From positions 175,961 to 239,960 of the IMG/VR virus record IMGVR_UViG_3300028045_000001: a stretch of DNA of 64,000 nt, one strand, 5' to 3'. The translations under genes were made by a program, and so were the position numbers. Positions 10,741 to 18,445 of this stretch are shown piece after piece. Within the stretch, counting starts at the first letter, position 1. Each line of letters begins with the position of its first letter. Under the pieces are notes generated by a model, which saw only the letters and a list, made by a program, of their open reading frames with translations, had not been told where the DNA came from and did no database searches.

Positions 10741-10783
10741 GTGCCTAACAAGTACATAGCAATGCTATGTACTTGTTAGGCAC
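10741..10783. repeat. Perfect inverted repeat, 21-bp stem, 1-nt spacer
   Basis: gtgcctaacaagtacatagca-a-tgctatgtacttgttaggcac. Confidence 0.9.
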
Positions 10784-10814
10784 AACTGATTTATAAATTA
10801 TAGGACGGTGATAA

Positions 10815-11048
10815 ATGGATAGTTCATACAACGATGGATTCAAAGCTGGAGTTTTAAATGGAAGGGAACAAGTGCTTGAAAACATGAGAGAGATCGCCGC
10901 CACAATTGATGTCTGTAGGGCTTCCTCAAACTACATAGAAAAACAATTACACATTGGGCATTCGACTATGTACGACATATATGAATATAAATCAAATCTA
11001 TTGGATACCTTATTAAATAAAATAGATGGGATGATGGTGGACGACTAA
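10815..11048 (+). CDS. Hypothetical protein
   Basis: 77-aa ORF; N-terminal YNDGFKAG motif is common in small phage proteins. Confidence 0.55.
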   Translation: MDSSYNDGFKAGVLNGREQVLENMREIAATIDVCRASSNYIEKQLHIGHSTMYDIYEYKSNLLDTLLNKIDGMMVDD

Positions 11049-11100
11049 AATAGATGGGGGCAAGTGCCAAGTTATTGATTAGCGCTTATTAGATCTTTTC

Positions 11101-11113
11101 ATTTATATATTAC
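11101..11113 (+). promoter_or_regulatory. Candidate early promoter ATTTATATATTAC
   Basis: Exact copy of the motif, about 50 nt upstream of the first zinc-finger gene. Confidence 0.6.
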
Positions 11114-11161
11114 TACTATGTGTAAGGTATATGTATGTAGTTTTTAATATAGGAGAATAAT

Positions 11162-11353
11162 ATGGAAATATGTCAAGTCGATGGATGTAATAGAAAACAC
11201 TATGTCAAGGGCCATTGTGAAAAACACAATAAAGAAATGCAGATATGCGGCAGGATACTCCCAGTTATAAAGTGTAAGTTCGAAGGATGCGATGAAGAGC
11301 GTTTTAAGGAGGGGTACTGTCATGGATGCTACATGCGGATGTATAAACCATGA
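11162..11353 (+). CDS. Zinc-finger repeat protein, 2 units
   Basis: CQVDGC...GHCEKH and CKFEGC...GYCHGC; RBS AGGAG. Confidence 0.75.
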   Translation: MEICQVDGCNRKHYVKGHCEKHNKEMQICGRILPVIKCKFEGCDEERFKEGYCHGCYMRMYKP

Positions 11354-11378
11354 CAGAATAACATCATAGGAGAATAAT

Positions 11379-12164
11379 ATGAAAATATGTAAGGTTGATG
11401 GATGTGATAGAAAACACCATGCTAAAGGTTACTGTCACAAACATTATCTACAAATACAAAAATATGGCAAGATCCTGCCAGATAGAGTTATAACTGTTGG
11501 ATGTAAAGTCGATAGATGCGATGAAAAGCACCATGCTAAAGGATACTGTAGGAAACACTATCTACAAGTGCAACAACATGGCAAGACCATGTCTGATAGA
11601 GTTAAGCCAGTTGGATGTAAAGTCGATAGATGTGATGGAAAACGCTATGCTAAAGGGTATTGTAGTAGACACTATCGACAAGTGCATAAGCGTGACAAGA
11701 TCCTGCCAGATAGAGTTAAGCCCGTTGGATGTAAAGTCGATAGATGTGACGGAAAACACTATGCTAAAGGGTATTGTAGCAAACATTATCGCCGGATGAG
11801 AAGACATGGTAAGATTCTGCCAGATAGAGTCAAACCCGTTGGATGTACAGTCGATAGATGTAATGAAGAGCGTGTAGCTAAGGGGTATTGTCACAAACAC
11901 TATCATCAGATGCAGAGGAAGGGCAAGCTCCTGCCAGATAGAGTTGTTGGATGTAAAGTTGATGGATGTAAGGGAAAACACTATGCTAAAGGCCACTGTA
12001 GGAAACATTATCTACAAATGCATAGGTACGGTAAGATCCTACCAGATAAAGTCAAACACGTTGGATGTAAATTCAAAGGATGTGATGAAAAATACAAAGC
12101 CAAGGGCTATTGTAATACACATTACAATCAAATATGGCGACTTGGCAAGATCATAGGAGAATGA
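11379..12164 (+). CDS. CCCH zinc-finger tandem-repeat protein, 7 units
   Basis: Seven units of about 38 aa, C-K-V-D-(G/R)-C-x5-AKG-(Y/H)-C-x2-H-Y-x6-GK; very basic; no catalytic domain. Confidence 0.85.
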   Translation: MKICKVDGCDRKHHAKGYCHKHYLQIQKYGKILPDRVITVGCKVDRCDEKHHAKGYCRKHYLQVQQHGKTMSDRVKPVGCKVDRCDGKRYAKGYCSRHYRQVHKRDKILPDRVKPVGCKVDRCDGKHYAKGYCSKHYRRMRRHGKILPDRVKPVGCTVDRCNEERVAKGYCHKHYHQMQRKGKLLPDRVVGCKVDGCKGKHYAKGHCRKHYLQMHRYGKILPDKVKHVGCKFKGCDEKYKAKGYCNTHYNQIWRLGKIIGE

Positions 12165-12165
12165 T

Positions 12166-12600
12166 ATGAAAATATGTAAAGTTAGCTGGTGTGATAGGGG
12201 GCGTGTAGCTAAGGGGTATTGCATTACACACTACCAACAAATGCGGAGGAAGGGGAAGCTCCTACCAGACGGACCCGCAGTATGTAAAGTCGATGGGTGC
12301 GATGGAAAGCACTATGCTAAAGGCTACTGTCAAAAACACTATCTACAAATGCATAAGCGTGGCAAGACCATGCCAGATAGAGTTGCTGAATGTCAAGTCG
12401 ATGGGTGTGATAGAAAACACCATGCTAAAGGGTATTGTAGTAGACACTATCGACAAGTGCAAAAACATGGCAAGACCATGTCTGATAGAGTTATAACTGT
12501 TGGATGTAAAGTTGATGGATGTAAGAGAAAATACTATGCTAAAGGCCACTGTAGTAAACACTATCTACAAATATGGAAGCATGGTGAGATCATAAAATAA
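12166..12600 (+). CDS. CCCH zinc-finger tandem-repeat protein, 4 units
   Basis: Four units of the same motif; its RBS overlaps the stop of the previous paralogue. Confidence 0.85.
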   Translation: MKICKVSWCDRGRVAKGYCITHYQQMRRKGKLLPDGPAVCKVDGCDGKHYAKGYCQKHYLQMHKRGKTMPDRVAECQVDGCDRKHHAKGYCSRHYRQVQKHGKTMSDRVITVGCKVDGCKRKYYAKGHCSKHYLQIWKHGEIIK

Positions 12601-12640
12601 AAGTGTGCACTTAATCACACGCGATAGGAGGTAGTTGGAC

Positions 12641-13120
12641 ATGCACGAATGCATAGGTTCGTCTGTAATCCATGCGATGATGGCAGATGATGACTCGTAT
12701 ATAGCGCAGGAATTGTACGACTATTGCGCCTATAGTTTCGACAGAGATATTTATTTAGAAAGTGTCAATGAAAACTTCGAGATTATTCCTGGACTATTAA
12801 GAACCACTATGCGATCTGATACAGCCACCAATATGTATGTACTGACGGTGCACACTCTATGTGGATATGTGCTCACTATCCATACATCCAATAATTCGGG
12901 GTTACTTGATGCTTCTGGTGGGATCCTACAATTTAAAGACGTGTATATAGGTAAACACATATTGACATATTCTGGTGGATATGTTGGACCCGGTAGAATC
13001 CTCGACATCAAATGGGCTTGTTGCGCCATACCTTACTATGTGGACCTATACATGGACTACGGGATAAACTACCCCATTATTGATGGGGCAATAGTGCCAC
13101 CGATTAAATCAATTCTATAA
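12641..13120 (+). CDS. Stand-alone Hint/intein-like domain protein, paralogue 1
   Basis: ECIGSSVI...MYVLTV...TSNNSGLL...IGKHILT...IIDGAIVP; ATG 12641 is well spaced from GGAGG. Confidence 0.55.
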   Translation: MHECIGSSVIHAMMADDDSYIAQELYDYCAYSFDRDIYLESVNENFEIIPGLLRTTMRSDTATNMYVLTVHTLCGYVLTIHTSNNSGLLDASGGILQFKDVYIGKHILTYSGGYVGPGRILDIKWACCAIPYYVDLYMDYGINYPIIDGAIVPPIKSIL

Positions 13121-13135
13121 GGGAGGACGAATAAC

Positions 13136-13657
13136 GTGACTCACTATGGTACAAAAGAGTCCAAAGTATATGGAACATTATTCGGCGAGAACGAGTACAC
13201 TCTTGAAGATCTATTCGAATACTACTACGTGAGTATGTATGAGACCGATGAGCTCCCATATGCATTCGAGGAACTCGATGTCCCGACGTACATAGACAGT
13301 GTTGACAACAGAGGCTATTTAGTGCCAGCAGCGCTGATGGATATGTACTATGTTGGCGATCACCACTTATGCTACAGGATAACTACACAAGCTAATAATT
13401 ACAATTGTAATATTATTTCAACTAAAACTTCCAGGGACAGTTATTTTGTAGGGGTAGGAGGAGAGCTATTGCACGTGAGCCAATTGCAACAAGGTACTTC
13501 GATATTGGTATGCCCATTCCCTCCAGATGGAAATTTGTCCATAGGAGTGATAAGCGATGTAACTATATTGCCTCCAGAAGAAATATATGGGATAGTATTA
13601 GAGGCCGATGTACAATACTACATCAAGGATGGGTTTGTAGTCCCATCGAACACATAA
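13136..13657 (+). CDS. Stand-alone Hint/intein-like domain protein, paralogue 2
   Basis: YGTKESKV...TLEDL...CYRIT...SRDSYFV...SQLQQGTSIL...ISDV...EEIYGIVL...IKDGFVVPSN follows the intein block A-B-F-G pattern. Confidence 0.65.
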   Translation: MTHYGTKESKVYGTLFGENEYTLEDLFEYYYVSMYETDELPYAFEELDVPTYIDSVDNRGYLVPAALMDMYYVGDHHLCYRITTQANNYNCNIISTKTSRDSYFVGVGGELLHVSQLQQGTSILVCPFPPDGNLSIGVISDVTILPPEEIYGIVLEADVQYYIKDGFVVPSNT

Positions 13658-13673
13658 TAGTTGGAGAATAAAT

Positions 13674-14156
13674 ATGCACTATTGTACCATATGCGCAGAA
13701 GCAACATATGAAAATAGATGGTTATACACCATGTTTGATATAATTGAGATGCTTAAGCAACCGGACAGCTTATTAGTAGATGGAATAAATGCGAACGGAG
13801 AAACTATACTGACACCAGTACTCGGACTTAGTCCTGCTAAAGAAGCATCGTGCTACACCGTGGTAGCCAGAGTAGTACGTGGACTCACATATTCAATGGC
13901 GACGCGCACTTCTTCGGATAGTTATTTTGTTAAACTAGGTGGCGAACTAGTGGCAGTGACCCAACTTAAAGAAGGAGCAACTATATTGATGCATCCATAC
14001 ATGAATGCTTTGACGCCAGGGGTGGTCTTGAGTATTAGCGTAGACCAGATAAGAACAATGTGGGCATTAGAAGTAGACTATAAAACACCATATTACATTA
14101 AAGATGGGTTCGTAGTACCATCAAACAATATATTACAATTGGCCAACATGAGGTGA
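13674..14156 (+). CDS. Stand-alone Hint/intein-like domain protein, paralogue 3
   Basis: CYTVV...SSDSYFVKLGG...TQLKEGATIL...VLSISV...YYIKDGFVVPSN. Confidence 0.62.
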   Translation: MHYCTICAEATYENRWLYTMFDIIEMLKQPDSLLVDGINANGETILTPVLGLSPAKEASCYTVVARVVRGLTYSMATRTSSDSYFVKLGGELVAVTQLKEGATILMHPYMNALTPGVVLSISVDQIRTMWALEVDYKTPYYIKDGFVVPSNNILQLANMR

Positions 14157-14160
14157 TTGA

Positions 14161-14685
14161 ATGTACTATTTATCTGAATGTGAATATTTTCTTCATAGGA
14201 GCAAACGATACGATCTGCCCGAACTAAGTAAACAGACCGAATGTGGCACCATGCCTTCAATACAATTGCTCTCTATTAATAACAATGGTGGATTCCAAAT
14301 AGCCAATATACTGAGTGTGAATCAACTCAGTTACATAGATATACGCTACTTCGTTGCGGTTAGATCGCCTATATGTGAACATGGTCGTAGGGTAGATGAC
14401 ATATTCGCATTGAATGCTGCGCCCAACACTACATTTATTAAATTGGGAGGAGAGCCAATAAGAGCATCTCAATTAAAGAAGGGCCTCGCTATACTAATGT
14501 GTTCTCCGGAATTACAAGTAATAGAGGGGTCTGCTGCTAATGTGGGATACGGTGTGGTGGAGTCTATAACTGAATTACGCGATAGTAACATTTATGGCGT
14601 GGAACTTGAAGCTGACGATATCGCATACAACATTAAGAATAATTTCATTATTGCCAATGCTATGGCCATACAGGCGCTTAACTAA
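14161..14685 (+). CDS. Stand-alone Hint/intein-like domain protein, paralogue 4
   Basis: APNTTFIKLGG...ASQLKKGLAIL...VESITEL...IYGVEL...NNFIIAN. Confidence 0.62.
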   Translation: MYYLSECEYFLHRSKRYDLPELSKQTECGTMPSIQLLSINNNGGFQIANILSVNQLSYIDIRYFVAVRSPICEHGRRVDDIFALNAAPNTTFIKLGGEPIRASQLKKGLAILMCSPELQVIEGSAANVGYGVVESITELRDSNIYGVELEADDIAYNIKNNFIIANAMAIQALN

Positions 14686-14700
14686 TTTGGGGATTTATAA

Positions 14701-15267
14701 ATGTATTACGGAACAGAAGATACTTATGTACATTACAATGGATTAGATGTCACTCTATCAGAACTACATGACCGCAATATGGTCAATGATAGTGGGGGAA
14801 GGCCTATGTCCATTTACGGCATAAGCAAGTACGGCAATCTAATGGCCGCTAATATAGTAGCGACACAGTACGTTGGCGAGCTAATGTGCCGTACGGTGAC
14901 TGCAGTACCTAACGGATATCTTGGTGAAACATGCAGAATAACTATCGCCCATTACAGTTACTTTGTTGGAATTGGGGGACAGTTAATAAAAAGTGCACAG
15001 TTACAAAAAGGCGCGACAGTTGCAGTGTTCCCAAACTACATGTACCTGCCACATGTCCCAAAGAACTTGTGTCGATTTATAACACCTGGAAGAATATCCC
15101 ACATAAGTAAAACATCCATTAAAAAGATATACTGCTTAGCACCATCGACATATATCCCAGTTTTAATTGATAGTGGATTCATCACTTCCCACGACCAATG
15201 GGAGTACTGCAGGGCCTTCCAACAATCACCAATCTACAAAAGAATACAACTTATTGGAAAGGATTAA
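14701..15267 (+). CDS. Stand-alone Hint/intein-like domain protein, paralogue 5
   Basis: YGTEDTYV...TLSEL...AHYSYFVGIGG...SAQLQKGATV...ISHI...KIYCL...DSGFITSH. Confidence 0.62.
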   Translation: MYYGTEDTYVHYNGLDVTLSELHDRNMVNDSGGRPMSIYGISKYGNLMAANIVATQYVGELMCRTVTAVPNGYLGETCRITIAHYSYFVGIGGQLIKSAQLQKGATVAVFPNYMYLPHVPKNLCRFITPGRISHISKTSIKKIYCLAPSTYIPVLIDSGFITSHDQWEYCRAFQQSPIYKRIQLIGKD

Positions 15268-15274
15268 TAAATAT

Positions 15275-15784
15275 ATGTATATGTGCACAAAGGAATCAGT
15301 CGTATATGCAATGGCCCGTGGGGATGGAGCTTACGTGGCATGTAATCTTTTTGACTCGCACAATTGGGACATCAATGAGGGCATATTTATTGAGAGTATA
15401 GACAATGAGTTTGCTCCGATGCCATCTCTGTTGTATGGGATAATAAAGACCGGCAATAAAAGCATATTTTGTGTTGAGATACTCACTGCATCAAAGGTTG
15501 ACATTACGATACACATGTCTATAGACTCATGTTTAATTGATCTCTGTGGAGGTATAATAAAACCTATAAATGTATCTATTGGTAAACATGTGCTAACATT
15601 TAAAGGCACCGTTATTGAACCGGGCGTAATAACTAACATCACGCGGTCCGAGGCAACGATGACATATTGTTTAGATCTGCACTTGGGTGAGGATACCGAA
15701 GAATATGTATGTTATCCGGTGATAGATGGTGTAGTGGTCCCAGCATTTAATCATAGGGATGCATCCAGCAGGGTAGACTTTTAG
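15275..15784 (+). CDS. Stand-alone Hint/intein-like domain protein, paralogue 6
   Basis: MCTKESVV...SIDSCLI...VSIGKHVLT...ITNI...TYCLDL...VIDGVVVP. Start reassigned to ATG 15275, which removes the overlap with paralogue 5. Confidence 0.58.
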   Translation: MYMCTKESVVYAMARGDGAYVACNLFDSHNWDINEGIFIESIDNEFAPMPSLLYGIIKTGNKSIFCVEILTASKVDITIHMSIDSCLIDLCGGIIKPINVSIGKHVLTFKGTVIEPGVITNITRSEATMTYCLDLHLGEDTEEYVCYPVIDGVVVPAFNHRDASSRVDF

Positions 15785-15823
15785 CACTCCGATACTGTCC
15801 ACTGATGGACAGTATCGGAGTGC
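15784..15823. terminator. Bidirectional terminator-like inverted repeat, 18-bp stem, 4-nt loop
   Basis: gcactccgatactgtcca-ctga-tggacagtatcggagtgc between convergent genes; a T-run follows at about 15830. Confidence 0.75.
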
Positions 15824-15839
15824 CGGATATTTTTTTTAT

Positions 15840-17534
15840 TTACTGCAATGCCTCTATCTCTGTCGGTAAGAATGGCCTCGTCAAAGCATATAAGTTTGCT
15901 TTTGTAAATCCATTATGTTCGAACCTAAGTTTCCTATCTGGCGTTATAACTCCATTCAGTGAGAATAAGAAATCTTCTATGTTTTTATTTGCCTCTGTGG
16001 TTAGTATAGCGGAGCCATTGAGTGCATCGCCATCATAGTCAGCGTCAAAAGTACTTAAGGTTCCAGGATGAACGATCATCGAATCTACATATCCGTTACC
16101 GATTATTGGGTAATGGGGAAGTGTTATGAATACATCTGGATCGAACATAGTCGTTAGCCTAACCAATCTATCTGGCTTCGTGGTCGCAACTCTTATCCTT
16201 GGAGTTATAGTGTTATCGTCATTAGTTACTGGGTATCTGGTACATAGGCCATGTTTTCCTTTTGTGGCATGAAATGCAACTATGTAGAACATCTCGATGT
16301 AAGTTAACGGTCGTATATAGCTCTTATCTATATCGCCTTCACGATATGTCGATAACTCATTTATATCCCTAAAGATTATAACTTGCTCACCATCATCATA
16401 GACATTATAAATGTTCCATGTCTTACCATCAAGATCTTCCAGAGTAACGTTACTTGCTCTAAACGAGGCATCCTCAAATCTTTTAATGGTAGTACTAATT
16501 CCGTCAGAAGATACAAATCGATCTCGCATTTTTGGGGATATTTCAGTATAATGTAAGGACAGGCTCTTTGGGTCAATTACAGGTATCTGAGTAGAGGTTT
16601 CTTGCACCACCTGATTAAAGAACATTCTTTTAAGATAGTATATAGCTATCGGTTGAGTTACATTTATTGATTGTAGTGTCCCCATAATACACTCGTGGGA
16701 TTTCAACATCCTAGGATCAGTCGGAGAGTCTCCCGCTATTGTTGCAGCACTGATCACATTTCTTGCGCCATGTACTATACTTCGTTTTTGAAATTTGTCT
16801 TGAGCCCAACCATGTTTGTCGCTCATGAAATTCGTATAGTAATCAAAGATCTCATTAGCCTTTCTTTGGATAGCGTATCTAACAGTATCATATACTGGAT
16901 TTACTTTATAACTACCAGACGGCAAAGCCTGTGATAAGGCTATCAATGACATATATAGTTTGTTGGCATCGTCGTAGTTATCGATGTCGCCCATATTAAT
17001 ATCTCTGATGCCGGCCATCATAATTAGATATTTGTCGATATGCATACTTTCTATATGGTTATCTATCAGCTTTACTTTATAGCTCCGCTGTAAAGATTTG
17101 CTCGCTTTAAATTTTATTTTTTGTACATACTCCATAAAGAAACTATATCCTGTGCGAGCACGCTCGTCCTCTCTATCGATTTTAATTAAATCGCCAACTT
17201 CTTCATCAAAGTATGCAAAAGTATTACTCGACATTATTTCTCCGTATAATTTTTTTAGGGAGAGGAGGGTCTTGTATATTTTTGGATGAAATATCTTTGT
17301 CCTAAGGTTTATGTAGCCAAAATTTAACATCCTTTCAGGAGAACCTATTTCCCCAAAAATAGTTTGACTGAATAATCCATTTGGATCTAATTCATTGCTG
17401 GAGGGGACACGTATAAATTGTGAGGTAACTTCCCCAATATTGTTTTCTTTTATGTATTTGTCTACATCAAGTAAAGCTATTTTATACGGTTCTTTAGTGT
17501 CAGTGATTGTTGGCTCTTCTATTTGTATACTCAT
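15840..17534 (-). CDS. rpoC: RNA polymerase beta' subunit, N-terminal catalytic part (probably virion RNAP, phiKZ gp180-like)
   Basis: PNGLFSQTIFG...FGYINL N-terminal motif, RYP motif and catalytic HPGTLSTFDADYDGD (NADFDGD variant). Confidence 0.9.
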   Translation of the reverse strand: MSIQIEEPTITDTKEPYKIALLDVDKYIKENNIGEVTSQFIRVPSSNELDPNGLFSQTIFGEIGSPERMLNFGYINLRTKIFHPKIYKTLLSLKKLYGEIMSSNTFAYFDEEVGDLIKIDREDERARTGYSFFMEYVQKIKFKASKSLQRSYKVKLIDNHIESMHIDKYLIMMAGIRDINMGDIDNYDDANKLYMSLIALSQALPSGSYKVNPVYDTVRYAIQRKANEIFDYYTNFMSDKHGWAQDKFQKRSIVHGARNVISAATIAGDSPTDPRMLKSHECIMGTLQSINVTQPIAIYYLKRMFFNQVVQETSTQIPVIDPKSLSLHYTEISPKMRDRFVSSDGISTTIKRFEDASFRASNVTLEDLDGKTWNIYNVYDDGEQVIIFRDINELSTYREGDIDKSYIRPLTYIEMFYIVAFHATKGKHGLCTRYPVTNDDNTITPRIRVATTKPDRLVRLTTMFDPDVFITLPHYPIIGNGYVDSMIVHPGTLSTFDADYDGDALNGSAILTTEANKNIEDFLFSLNGVITPDRKLRFEHNGFTKANLYALTRPFLPTEIEALQ

Positions 17535-17624
17535 GCGTATCCACCTTTTTTATATAGTAACTTATTATATACTTTACAATAGTAGTTATATATAATAATT
17601 TGACTCTAACAAAAAGGATGCGTC

Positions 17625-18434
17625 ATGGGAAAGGACATAGATTGGAATGAGGTCTCAGAGGACATCGTCCGCAGCAAATTAAAGCGAGTAGATTCCGTAT
17701 ACATTGACCTGGCTATGATTAAAGACATACGCATTATGGCGTATATACTGCTTAATTTGGCTAAGGATCGCTATGTTAAAATAATGGACGAGATAAAGGG
17801 ATACAATGCACGATATGATCATGAGGTTGTAAAACATTTTTCATTGAAGGATTACACAGAGGAAGATATCGACAACTACATTAATGATAAAACAAATCAT
17901 CCATTACTGAGTGCTGCACCTGAGACCTCTGTAGTTACTTTCGTTACCAGAACTATAGATGAAATAATTAAGCATAACCGAGTGTGTGAAACCACTGAAA
18001 ATAATATAACCGTATATTTAAATATGAAAAATATACAACTGACAGATGAAGTTAAAGAATACTATAAGGTGATATTTAAACACCAACATGCCACAAATCT
18101 CATTTTCCTTAGCGTGCCATTTAATGAGATAGAAGAGAAGTTACTACGCTCCATAGATTTCTTTTTCTTAGATGATATACCAACTTATTTGGAAGTTGAG
18201 TCTAAGTATATGGAACAGTATGACGATGTAGAGGACTACCCCGATCCAGAAGAAATGGATAACCTGTTTGCAAAATTATTCTACAAATTGGTTTTTCAAA
18301 GAAAGCATGTTGTGTCATCTATGCAAATATTGGATAGGGATCCAAATATGGATGTAGAAGATATATTTAAAAAAACCAAAGTTATTTTAGATATGTTCAC
18401 ATCCTTCTCATATATTGAGAAATTACTCATTTAA
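17625..18434 (+). CDS. Hypothetical protein divergent from the virion RNAP beta' gene
   Basis: 269 aa, acidic, with VYIDL motif; no function assignable. Confidence 0.6.
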   Translation: MGKDIDWNEVSEDIVRSKLKRVDSVYIDLAMIKDIRIMAYILLNLAKDRYVKIMDEIKGYNARYDHEVVKHFSLKDYTEEDIDNYINDKTNHPLLSAAPETSVVTFVTRTIDEIIKHNRVCETTENNITVYLNMKNIQLTDEVKEYYKVIFKHQHATNLIFLSVPFNEIEEKLLRSIDFFFLDDIPTYLEVESKYMEQYDDVEDYPDPEEMDNLFAKLFYKLVFQRKHVVSSMQILDRDPNMDVEDIFKKTKVILDMFTSFSYIEKLLI

Positions 18435-18445
18435 GGAGTTTGATT

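Larger units (their letters stand above)
11379..12600 (+). repeat. Coding tandem repeat, unit about 108-114 nt
   Basis: Recurrent nucleotide blocks such as ccagatagagtt...gttggatgtaaagtcgatagatg and catgctaaagg. Confidence 0.9.

Noticed and set aside
11497-12561. Alternative-frame and minus-strand ORFs over the zinc-finger genes
   Set aside because: Shadows produced by the repeated, stop-poor unit; no RBS or independent motifs.
11379-12600. Possible CRISPR array or HNH homing endonuclease
   Set aside because: The repeats are in-frame coding units of about 110 nt with no unique spacers, and no HNH catalytic motif follows the fingers.
12641-15784. Active inteins or a split intein in a host gene
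   Set aside because: Each is a separate ORF with its own start and stop, no extein flanks it, and the catalytic positions are substituted.
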